A stretch of DNA of 64,000 bases. Origin: Yuukianura sp. NJ FZ-2021. Lineage: Eukaryota. Where the stretch lies: the NCBI GenBank assembly GCA_046563655.1, contig CM102285.1, positions 6,200,001-6,264,000 on the forward strand. The letters run 5' to 3'. Below the pieces are notes generated by a model. It saw nothing but the letters and a program-made list of their open reading frames with translations. It was not told the origin of the DNA and did not search any database. The first letter of the stretch is position 1, and each line of letters begins with the position of its first letter. Below are positions 34,464 to 45,753 of the stretch, in pieces. A program made the position numbers and the translations under genes.

Positions 34464-34728
34464 TGTCTTGACATATTGACCTGAAATTTGAAACTTAGCA
34501 CTTTTTTATAACGATCTAATGATACAAATTGAAAAACCCGACAAAAATTAACCGGAAGTGCAAAATACCCGGATTTCGGTTTTTTCGGGTTTTTCGGGAT
34601 AAAGTCGCCCGAGGTGAATTTTTTTCGGTATTTCGGATTAGTACTAGGTATAATCTATAGCTTTCTGCAAAAAAACGATCCAAAAAAATTTTGTCTCAAA
34701 ATTTTCGAATATTTTATACTGTGTGTGG

Positions 34729-36388
34729 TAAGGATATGTCGACCCTTATAAACATAATGCAGCAAAGTCTGAACGCTGTTGATAAATGGTGCAAAACGGT
34801 ACGATTGGGGATCAACCCCAATAAAATCGAAGCCGTACTATTCACTAACAGTAGAAAAATACCAAACTCTAAACTACAACTGAATAGTATAAGCATCCCT
34901 TACAACAAGGTAGTCAAGCACCTTGGTGTATGGCTTGATTCTAAACTGACATGGTCAAAACACTGTAAGACAAAAGCACTTGCAGGAACTATCACTCTAC
35001 ATCAGTGTAAGAGAGCGATATCCCCAACTTGGGGTCTCAATCCCAAAATATGCCACTGGATATACACTGCTATAGTTCGACCAAGGATCACGTGTGTCTG
35101 CTGGGCGACGGCAGTGACTAAACAAAATACATTAGCCATATTGCAAAAGGTGCAAAGGGGGGCACTGCTCAACATAACAGGGGCAATGCGTTCCACACCA
35201 ACTGCGAGTATGGAGTGTATTATTGACATACGCCCAATTGACCTGCATATCATGACACTATGCATTAAAACAATGCTAAGGTTGATTGAACACAAAGATT
35301 GGCTACCATGGAAATCGATGGGGCTACTGAAAAGAAATACACACATAAAGCAATGTGAGGAATGGAAAAATAAACTTCTACTTCTCCTGCTCCCAATCGA
35401 AACAAAAATAATCAATAAAACAGAACCAAAATACAATATAATAATAAAAAACCGTAAACTCTGGGAAAGAGTCGGGGAGCCGAAGCGTAGCGCTGAGGTT
35501 CTCCAGATCTTTACCGACGGATCAAAAATAAACTCCGCTGGCGCTGCCTATGTAGTGCTCAATGGAAACGCAATACTCCAAAGTGAAATCCATCCACTTG
35601 GATACAGAACAAGTGTCTTTCAGGCTGAGGCGTACCTACTACTCTCAGCCGCCACTTGGCTTGAAAACACACTGTCTGCAGACAAACCAGAATATAAGCA
35701 CATTACACTCGTAGAAATATACATAGACAACCAAGGAGTTGTGAAAAGCCTAATGGGCAAAAGTGATGAGAGTACAACCCTCATCTACGAATCCCACAGA
35801 ACTCTTAACAAAATTAATTTGATATGTCCAGTAAATGTTAACTGGATACCAGCACATAGTGGATATGTAGGCAACGAAATAGTAGACAGCTTAGCGAAGG
35901 CGGCTGCTTACACAAAATTTGTCGGGCCAGAACCGATATTACCAATCCCATACAGTACAATAGTAACTGAAATCAGGGACTATGCCAGAACCTGCCATGC
36001 AAAAAGATGGCAAGCACAACAAGGATGTACAGACTCCAAAAAAGTACTTACAACAATATGCACTAAAAATGCTAAACACTGCTTAAAACTGAATAGAGCA
36101 GATCTAAAATCTCTTACAGCATTGATCACAGGACATGGACAATATGCCAAACACCTCCACAGGATGGGAGTCGCGGAATCGCCGTTATGTCCACACTGTG
36201 GATATAAGGAAGAGACTCGCGATCACCTACTGATGGAATGTGAGGCACACATGAACCCAAGACTCAAGGCTTTTGGGATATACCTCTTGAGAAAAGAGGA
36301 TCTTAAAAATACTTCTCTCTCTGAACTAACGGAATTCCTCCGACAACTAAATAGAGCGAAAGTTAGAGGTGGGAGAGTTGATCCCTGA
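34729..36388 (+). CDS. Outer LINE ORF2, 3' part: RT C-terminus, RNase H and CCHC
   Basis: Removing the insertion and one TSD gives FADDVSLLQCGKDMSTL in frame. KHLGVWLD; IFTDGSK, VFQAEA, IYIDNQG, WIPAHSG..GNE.VD.LAK; CPHC..ETRDHLLMEC. Confidence 0.9.
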
Positions 36389-36777
36389 AATTAAATTGGT
36401 GTTACGGAGAGAGCGAAATAGGCCCGATAGTGCGCCTCATCGCCGTGATCCTCTTTGTGCCTAATGCACCCAGAGATCCCTCTGAAAAACATACATACAT
36501 GCTTCTCATTAAGAACACACATGTGAGGATGGCTGACGCCACCGCAGCATCATCAACGGCCAAAAAGGATTCTGAAGGCATGTCAAGCACTTACAGAGCG
36601 TCCATCACAATAATTCAATTCAATTCAATTCTTTAATCTCGGGAAGCGTCCTGCATGCAGGTTGTTACGCTACTTGCAGAAAAAAGCCGGATTTGAAAAT
36701 TTTGAAGTTCACATATCATGTTATGTGTGCAAGCAAATGAGATTTGTGTGTTCAAACAAATTGACCACAGAAAAAAA

Positions 36778-36980
36778 GCAAGGTAGGGCGATGCTCAAGG
36801 GTTGAGAATAGGTCTCCTGGAAGGAGTTGACAATTCATAAGACTTAGACCGGTTGGCAGAAAAGCAGTTGAACAAAAACGATCAAAAACTGTTTTCACGA
36901 CATTTCTGCACCGAAGCGTCGCTCAAAATTTCCAGTGCGGATGTGAGGTCCTAATTTGTGCATGAGTTGCATCAAAATTG
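36778..36980 (-). repeat. Inverted copy of the 1661-1870 hairpin-ended repeat
   Basis: aggtagggcgatgctcaagggttgagaataggtct...tgtgcatgagttg is the diverged reverse complement of ~1680-1868. Confidence 0.75.
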
Positions 36981-37888
36981 TGTTGGCAATTTACCTTGTA
37001 AATGGACCAAAGTCATAGGCGATTTTTTAAAGTTTAAAAATAAAAAAACTAGAGTTGTTACAAAACACGTTAATCTAGTTCTACCCATTTCAACTCTTTC
37101 TGTTCATTTATATATTTGATTTGGCCCATGATCACACTCATTAAAAATTTGGTTTAGTTCTGTCCTCAGCATGCAGAAGGTCTCAGTTTCTCAAGCTCCT
37201 TCGTAAAAAAAGCAAGTAGCAAAGTAGGTAGCCAGGCAAACAAAGCATAATGGCTGACAGCAAATTAGCCCAAGATAAACCAACGACAAAAACATCACCT
37301 AAAGGATTTCGAAAACACGTCAGACGCATACAACTAGCCTTCAAAGCAATTCACAATTTTGGTCAATCATTTGAAAAGCACAGCAGTTTTGTACATGACC
37401 TTAACGAGAAGTATCTAACCCCAGCACTGGAACTTTTGAACATTCCGCAAAATTCGAATATTTTCGATTATGGAAGTCGAAATGGAGTATTCACAGTTGA
37501 CAAACTTGTGCCGCTGGCCGAAGAAAAAAATTTGAAAATTTTTGCTATTGAGGCATGTGCAGCACATCATCAAGATGCACTTGCACATCATCCGCATGAC
37601 AGAATTACGTATATAAACGAAGATATTTTGAGTGAAAATTTTTCTCTCAAAGAAGAAAAATTTGCAGCTGGAATTTCACTCTACTACCTTCAAAACCGGA
37701 AGAACTACCGCGCTGTCCTTGAGAAATTGTATAATATTTTGGAAGATGGAGGAAAACTTTGTTTGTTCGTGTCAACCATGGTGGATGACTTATTTCAATT
37801 CGTCAAAATGTTACAAGACAGCACAGAGTGGAAGGCTTTGGGAGATCAACTTACAATTCCGGATTGGGTTTTGGCGCGCTGGGCTGGC

Positions 37889-40800
37889 TAGAGTTTCACG
37901 GCTCTCGACTCCCTGACGACTCCGGAGCCGCGACTCTCGGCTCGACTCCGACTCGGCTCTTTGGTACAGAGTCGAGCCGGCCAGTCGGCACGGGCTCTGA
38001 CTCTATGAAAGAATGGGGGCCGAGAGTCACTCCGGCTCCGGCTCTGACTCTGACTCCGTAATGTTTCAGAGAGCCGGGAGTCACACATGTACAATTAAGC
38101 GCAGGATTTAAAATAAAATTATGCAATTCTTCAAATTACATCATTAAAGCTAAAGAAATCCACTTCGCCTTCTTGCACCTTAACTTTTCTGAGTGACAGT
38201 CACTACAAACAATGGATTCTGAAGACAATCCGGTTCCACTAGTGGAACTTAGTGACGATGAGGCAAGTTCTTCAGGAGTATCAGTGACCACTCAGAGCAA
38301 CAGCTCTACTTTGTCTGGAACGTCATCTACTAAGTCAAAGTTCGTTTGTCATTTTGTGTATCGAGAAGACCAAAAGAAGTTTAAATGTAACTATTGCAGG
38401 TAATTGAACTCAGAACTGTAAACTTTAGGGAATCTGAATATTAAGAGTATAATCGTATGGACTACTGACTTTCATAGCACGACTATTTTGAAAAAGAAAA
38501 ATGGCTCTACTTCTAACTTGGGACGTCATTTAAAGTCGGTACATCCCAGAGTATACGAACAGCTGCAACCAAATGCTTCCAAAGATGCCAATAAAGGAAA
38601 AAGTATTGTGCAGTACTTTGAGGCTGTCAAACAGGTAGCAAGAAAAGTTCCTTCAAATCGAGAGTTATCGAATATCGAAAATAACACAAGTTTAATACTT
38701 TATAAGGAATTTACCCAACACGAATTCGAGAAGCGATTGATGGAGTTCATAATTCTCACGGATCAACCGTTCAGCGTTGTAGACTCTCCATCTTTTCACA
38801 ATCTTTTCAACTTCCCGAGTTTCAAGGCAAAAATTCCTGGCAGAAATGGAGTAAAATCTAGAATTGACGCAATGTTTGACGCCGAGCGTACCAGAATACA
38901 AGCTCTAACAGCGGTACGTTCAATGTCATAACATAATTTATGGATTCTGTTCTGACTTCTCTAACTTTTATCTTCAACTTTTAACTTTTAACTTTTAACT
39001 TCAGGAAATTGACAGCAAAGTTGCACTGATTCTTGACTGCTGGACTTCAGCTACCCAAGTTCCATACCAAGGAATTATTGTACGTTGGATTGATCAGGAC
39101 TGGGAACTTAGAGAAGAAATCTTGGATTTGGATATTGTTCATGGACATCACACAGGCGAAGCCTTATGCAAATCCCTCGTTCGTGTGTTGGATGATTTTG
39201 GTTTAACTGCGAAGATACAGGGAATCACTACCGATAACGCTACGAACTGTGACACAATGTTTGAAATGCTTAGCTCAACATTGACTAACAAGGTAAAATT
39301 ACCCGTACGATATATACCTTGGTATTGATCTTGTTTTCAAACAGGGAATATCGTTCCACGAGGGAAACTCTAGGGTGAGATGTTTGGCCCATATAATCAA
39401 CTTGGCATGTCAAGATGCTCTTACATGCCTCAAGGCCATTATGTCAACAGACGATGTTAACGAATTTATTGAATCCGATAACGAAGAAGGTACGACGATT
39501 GCATCCGAAAGTCACGCGTCTACATACGGGAAGGTAAATTCAAGATTATTTTGATATTGTATAATGAGAACACATAACAATGTTAATTTTTATGTTGTAG
39601 TTGCGTTCCTCCATTATGAAAATACGTAGTTCGAGTATTCTAAAAGAATCGTTTGAAAAACAGTGTGAAATGAGTAAAGTCGCATGCAAATCCCTTCTTG
39701 CTGATGTTAAGACACGCTGGAACTCAACGTTTTACATGCTACGCAGAGCTGTAAAGATGCAAGTGGTAAGTTTTACTAATCGTTGAACTAAAAGCTTCAA
39801 TTGTTACGAATACATACTTTAGGCTCTGGACAACACTATGCGCAATGAGAAATTGAATCATCTAATTCTCGAGAATTCAGAATGGGCGACCGTAGGTCAG
39901 ATTGTGGAATTCTTGAAGGTAATAATATGTGGGTGTGCATCCCACTTCACACAAACTTTATGTGATCTTGATGCCAGAATTTGACTTTTTATTGCATTTA
40001 GCCATTCCAGAAAGATACTGTTCTCTTATCCAGCAACGCAGGACCGAACATGGCTGTTGCATCGGCAGTGTTTCTTCACTTGTATTCACATCTTGAAAAC
40101 ATTACGGTAATCTTTTTTGAACTTGAAAACCTTCAAAATGTTAAAATAATCGTAACTTTCCAGGAACAAAATGGGTATCAAGAGGATATTGTCTCTGCAG
40201 CACATTTGTCATGCGCAAAGCTAAACAAGTATTATCCAAAAACAGACGGACTTGTATATGTAATGGGAACAAGTAGGTCATGTAATTGCTATCGTTTTTT
40301 AAGTATTATATTAAGTGTATATACTACAGTTTTAGATCCACGGACGAAAATGAGTTTGTACTCCGCTAACCGGCAGCATTTTCCACCGCAGTTAACTAAT
40401 CGATATCGCAGGTTAATGCTCATTGTTTATTATAATTATGCCTTAGTAATACTTATGTTGCCTTGCATACGTCTCTAATGCATTATTTAGAGAGATTCGC
40501 AATTGTTGGGAGGAAAGATACAAGCCCACGGATAACACCGACGAACAGCCCCCATCAGATACGAAGAAAAAAACCACCCCTGGAGAATTTCTTGCCGCGC
40601 AAATTGGTTGCCAAAAAAAAGATAAACGGGATGAACTGCAGAAGTATTTAGATACACCGGTAGAAAACGATTCGGAACTTCTGAAAGGGAACTCGCTACT
40701 ATGGTGGAAGGTAAACACTAACTGCATTTTCACCCCTAATAACTACCACTCTTAATTAAAATAAGAACTGAACATTTTCAGGCGCAAGAAAAAATATTCC

Positions 40801-41344
40801 CCAGCGTTGCTAGAATGGCAAGGGACTTTCTGCCTGTAAGCGCTACTGGTGTCCCAATTGAGCGGTTTTTCTCCGGCGGCCCCGACCTGTTGACGCCAAA
40901 ACGCAGGCAAATGAAAGAAGAAACAGTCCGAATGTGTATGTGCCTCAAAGCGTGGATCCGCACTCGGAACGAAAATGAATTCAAAGATTTCAAAACAATT
41001 GCAATGACTCAGCAGATTTTGGGAGACTAGACTATGTACCCGAATACGATATTTTATGATAGTTACATGTTTTGTTAACATAAAATATATCTCATTTAGT
41101 TAGCGCATTGGTTTAATAAACTGACGCATATTCCGAGAAGTTGGGACGATGCTAAATTGCAAAATGATGACTCCCGGAGTCGTGACTCTCGACTCGGCTC
41201 CGACTCTGACTCGACTCTTTGATGAAGAGTCGAGTCGGTCAGTCGGCACGGGCTCTGACTCTGTACAAAAATGAGAGCCAGGAGCCGTTCCGGCTCCGGC
41301 TCTGACTCGGCTCTTTGCCAAAGAGTCGGAGTCATGAAACTCTA
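37889..41344 (+). mobile_element. Autonomous-type hAT transposon
   Basis: TIR TAGAGTTTCA...TGAAACTCTA. 8-bp TSD GGGCTGGC (37881-37888 and 41345-41352). Dense subterminal GACTC/GAGTC repeats at both ends. Confidence 0.95.
38212..41030 (+). CDS. hAT transposase (BED finger, DDE core, hATC dimerisation domain), ~12 exons
   Basis: CNYC..NLGRHLKSVH; QPFSVVD; LILDCWTS; ITTDNATN; RCLAHIINLAC; DVKTRWNST; LDPR; WWK..FPSVARMARDFL..SATGVPIERFFS. About 11 short GT-AG introns. Confidence 0.88.
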
Positions 41345-42677
41345 GGGCTGGCAGAGATCATATAGAAATTCTTAAGAATGCTCTCACTTCAGCTGGATTC
41401 GAAATCAAAAAATTGGAAGTTGTTGATACTTATACGATATTTCAAAGCAAAATGGATTGTGCTGGTGGGCTATATTTTCATATATTTTTTATAAATAGTT
41501 TTTATGTTATGAAGATTCCTTTTTATTTCAGAGTTTATATTGGCTGCTGCCATGGCCGAGATTGCAGAGGGCTTGCCAAATCCTGAAGCATACGAAAAAC
41601 TGGAAGCAGAATATACGCAGTTTTTAGATGAACGTGTAACGGAGACGTGTGGACGTGTTTGTGGGGCAGGTCCAAGGCGACATCGAACGAACTACCAAGT
41701 CGCGATGTTCGACCTTCAAAAGTCATTCCCACATACGGCTGTTAATTAATCCTATTGGATTTACAATCTTAATTGTATTTCAAACTTAACTGACGTGAGC
41801 AAAAGTGACGACATTCTCCTCCAGAAAACAAAAGCAACCGCCATTCTGCTGTGTATCTGAGCATTTTGTGTTAAGTTTACAGTTTGGGAAAAGAAAGTGA
41901 AGGAAATTTTGAAAACCTCAGAGTAGAATATCTGACGTAAAAACAGCATTAAAAAGTTTAGTTACATTCAATTTCACTCATGCGATACTGATTAATTATC
42001 AACAAAAGATCCGACATAAAAACATCTTAAGTAAAGTGCTGTCATAAATTTACAACGAAATACATTGGTTACGGTTATGGAAAAAAGTAGACATTATACA
42101 ATGATCATGGTATCCTTAAAACACGTTTAAAAAAATACAACATAAAATGTGTTTTGTTTGTATTTTAAAAGTCTTTTTTTTTTTTTTGAACGTTTTTTAC
42201 GATCAACCACATGAAGAATAGGACCGCCCAATTTATTAAATTCCTCCCATCGTAACCACATTGTGTAACCAATTATTTCAACGGTGTTTTAGATGAGTTT
42301 TAGGATGAGAAAAAGGAACACTTGCTCAAACGTATTTGCATTACCGTATAGTTACAACAGAAATGGTGATTAGACGGTAACAAACTGGGAGTGGCAGTTT
42401 AATTGTCTCGTCTTCATTGAAGCATTTGAAAAAGTATCAGTCAGTAAACTGGTTGTGTCGTCGAATTGTTTTCGAGAATGCCTAAATTTAATCCTAGAGT
42501 TGTTTAAAAACTTGTCATTCCAGTTCCACCCAATTCTCTTCGCGTCTGCTTATTTTATTTATCGTCCATGAGCGTATTCATTAAAAATTAGGTTTAGTTC
42601 AATCTCCAGCATCCGCAAGGCCCCATAGTTTCTCCAGTGCGTCCCTATCAAATACAAGACGGTCTCGACAAAACAAA

Positions 42678-43690
42678 ATGGCCGACAGTAAAATGGCCCA
42701 ACATAAAGAAACAACAACAACGCCTAAGGGATTTCGAAAACATGTTAGGCGACTACAAATAGCTTTCAGAGCAATTCACAATTTTGGCGACTCTTATGAA
42801 AAGCATAGTAGCTTTGTACATGGGCTTAACGACAAGTATCTAACCGCAGCAGTTGAGCTTTTGAACATTCCGCAAAATTCAAATATTTTCGATTACGGAA
42901 GTCGAAATGGAATACTCACACTTGCCAAAATTGTTCCACTGGCGGAAGAAAAAAATTTGAAAATATTTGCCGTTGAAAAATGTGAAGCACATCATCTGCA
43001 TGCAGTTGAAAATCACCCGCATGACAGAATTACGTATGTGAACGAAGATATTTTGAGTGAAAATTTTTCTCTCAAAGACCAAAAGTTTCCAGCTGGAATT
43101 TCACTCTATTACCTCCAAACCCAGAAGAACTACCGCGGTGTCCTTGAAAAATTGTATAATATTTTGGAAGACGGTGGGAAACTTTGCTTGTTCGTGGTGT
43201 CCATGGCTGATGACTATTTTCAATTTGCCAAAATGTTACAAGACAGTACAGAGTGGAAGGCGTTGGGAGAGCAGCTTTCTATTCCGGATTGGATTTTGGC
43301 GCGCTGGGCCGGAAGAGATCATACAGAAATAATAAAGAATGCTCTGACTTCAACTGGGTTCGAAATCAAACAATTTCAACTTGTTGATGATTACACGATA
43401 TTTCAAAGCAAAGAGGGTTGTGCTGGTAGGTTAATTTTTTGAATAATCTTTTTCTTATAGTTTTCAACTATGTTTTGGAGATTTTCTTTATTTTAGAGTT
43501 TTTGTTGGCTACTTGCATGGCAGAAATTGCAGAGGGCTTGCCAAATCCTGAAGCATACAAAAAATTGGAAGCAGATTGTTCGCAGTTTTTAGAAGAACGT
43601 GCTACGGAAACGTGCGGACGTGTTTGTGGAACAGGTCCAAGGCGCCATCGATTAAACTACCAACTGGCGCTAATCGTCGTTCAAAAGTAA
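42678..43690 (+). CDS. JHAMT-like methyltransferase-fold protein (copy 3), 2 exons
   Basis: Exons 42678-43425 and 43497-43690 join in frame. Same intron position and motifs as copy 1. Confidence 0.75.
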
Positions 43691-43978
43691 TTCCCTTGCA
43701 GCTCATCTGCAAAGTCCACTCGGAGTTACAATTTCAATTGTATCTTAAACTTAACAGTGAGGAAATTATCCCCCAGATAAAAATAAAAGCAACTGTCATT
43801 CTGATTTGTCGCTCACCATTTTCTGGTAACTGTTGGAAGAGAATTGAAAGCCGCGGAATAGAACAGCCAAAGTAAAAAAAAAAACATTAAAAACTTCAGT
43901 TTCATTCAATTTCAGCTATTCAATCAAAGCATCTCAGCTATTCAATCATAAACAAAAGTGTTTTAATGATTAATATAA

Positions 43979-44032
43979 TTTATGCCTGATTGGGCCGAGA
44001 TACGTATGTATCTCGGCCCAATCAGACATAAA
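43979..44032. repeat. Isolated hairpin with an 18-bp perfect stem
   Basis: CTGATTGGGCCGAGATAC-gtat-GTATCTCGGCCCAATCAG (43986-44025), extended by TTTATG/CATAAA after one mismatch. Confidence 0.85.
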
Positions 44033-44363
44033 AACATTCTAAGCAAAGGGCTGTTAAAGGTACAATAAAGTACTTTAATCACGGCTGTAACGAAATAGAA
44101 ATTGTAAAACGATTTACTGTCAGTCAACACTGTCGCTACTTTGTAGATTCAAACACAACTATCGCAACCCATAAGTTTTAAAAGCAAGCAGTCCAGCAGA
44201 CGTTTGTTTCATGACATATCTACATTGGACTACTTTAAAAGGACTAAAACAACAACGTTGCAAGTGCTGAACATTGATTTTGAAAGCATTGTACCCCAGA
44301 AATAATTTCGTCCCAAAATGGTATAAAACTTACTTAGTCAGCTCATTCTCTTTGTGTAACTCT

Positions 44364-44400
44364 TTATTAAATAGCGAAAGCTATTTAATAATCTGATTCA

Positions 44401-44443
<43 letters not shown>

Positions 44444-45175
44444 CCGTCTGTCCAGCTCAATTATCTCAGAAACTACTGGACGGATTTGATTCCGGTTTTC
44501 TCCTGTCAACACCTCATGACCCCAACCAGGTCACTATTGAATATTATCCCGGTAGGTCAACTCCTTCCGGGTCAAAGGTCAAGGTAAACCGGTTTTATCC
44601 ACGGTAACCCGCAAAATGACCTCTACAAAAGTTGTTCATCTCGTCGAGACCAACAACTTTTGTTTACATCACATGACCCCAAGTGACCTAGTTCCGGGTC
44701 AAAGGTCAACTTTTTTTTCATATTAACGTCCTGCTAGCTGGGAAGCGGAAGGAACCCACCCCACAGCGCCGGGTGATCCACCGTCACCCCGGGTGACCCA
44801 CCGTCACACACCCCGGGTGACCCACCGTCACACACCCCGGGTGACCCACCGTCACACACCCCGGGTGACCCACCGTCACACACCCCGGGTGACCCACCGT
44901 CACACACCCCGGGTGACCCACCGTCACACACCCCGGGTGACCCACACTCACACCACTGGGGGAGCCCACGCCCCTCCCCCGGGGAACACACCCCAACGCC
45001 TCCTGGGGTGCGGAGCTAAAAAGTAAGGGGAACCCATCCCTACGCCCTGGGGTGCGGAGCAAAAAAGTGGGGGGAAGCCATCCCCACGCCCCGGGGGTAA
45101 CCCCACATTCCCCACCTGGGGGGAAACCGCCTTTTGGCTTGAGCTATTTCGTTATGCGCGGTTTACAACCGGTTT
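44364..45175 (+). mobile_element. Helentron-associated (DINE-1/HINE-like) non-autonomous element
   Basis: 5' hairpin TTATTAAATAGC-gaaa-GCTATTTAATAA; (TCTG)n(TCCG)n microsatellite at 44401-44454; core region; central minisatellite; 3' AGCTATTT subTIR and small stem-loop CGGTT-tac-AACCG. Confidence 0.65.
44769..44950. repeat. 24-bp GC-rich minisatellite, ~7 units
   Basis: CCCCGGGTGACCCACCGTCACACA repeated in tandem. Confidence 0.93.
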
Positions 45176-45753
45176 ATTACTGCGGAGATGTTTCCTGTTG
45201 CTAAACAAGTAATTCTTTAACTCTTGGCATGAAAATTGTTCGTACTCCAATCCGCTATCATGAAAATGTATTGACAGTGTCGCAAAATCTTAGAATCATA
45301 TTTGTTTCAAATTGGGGGATAAATGCAGCGTCCGGACCCAGGCGTCATGGCTCTGACCTAAAGTATGGATATTCGAAATGATCCAGAGAAATCCTCGTAT
45401 TAATAATGTTGGTCGAAGACTGTTATTAAATTTCGTCCTGTTGCCTATGCCAACTGCCTCAAAAATTCTTAAAAAATCAGTCACCAAACCTTACAGAGAA
45501 AAAATTTGAACATTACCATTATCAACTATGTTGAAGAAATGAAGAAATAGTTTGTTAAATTGGGTTAACATGGTCGGTTATTCCCAAAGTAATTTCCATT
45601 TAGTTGAATTGCTCCGCTGCGCGCTGACTTGGAAAAGAATTTATTGTTTTTGTAAATTTTCCAAAAGGAAAGCCACAAAACCTGTGTATTTACATAATTT
45701 CAAGCGGCAGTAATGATAGAATTGTACATGTTTCTCATTGTTCTATACTTTGT

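Larger units (their letters stand above)
25999..34723 (-). mobile_element. Transib (RAG1-like) DNA transposon with ~584-bp TIRs; right TIR interrupted by a LINE
   Basis: Termini CACAGTA...TACTGTG. 5-bp TSD TGTGG (25994-25998 and 34724-34728). Left TIR 25999-26582 matches the reverse complement of 29502-29837 plus 34477-34723, with few mismatches. Confidence 0.95.
23942..36628 (+). mobile_element. 5'-truncated non-LTR retrotransposon with APE-RT-RNase H-CCHC ORF (LOA/R1-group-like), split by a Transib insertion
   Basis: ORF2 motifs lie on both sides of the insertion. (AATTC)n tail at ~36612-36631. Candidate 7-bp TSD TTCTTTA at 23935-23941 and 36629-36635; the 5' boundary is less certain. Confidence 0.85.
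37250..41749 (+). pseudogene. JHAMT-like methyltransferase copy 2, exon 1 disrupted by a hAT insertion
   Basis: Segments 37250-37888, 41353-41464 and 41532-41749 reconstitute ARWAG-RDHIEIL in frame, collinear with copies 1 and 3. Confidence 0.88.

Noticed and set aside
44734..45062. Repetitive peptides (DGGSPGVC)n, (VTHRHTPR)n
   Set aside because: They are translations of the 24-bp minisatellite in several frames.
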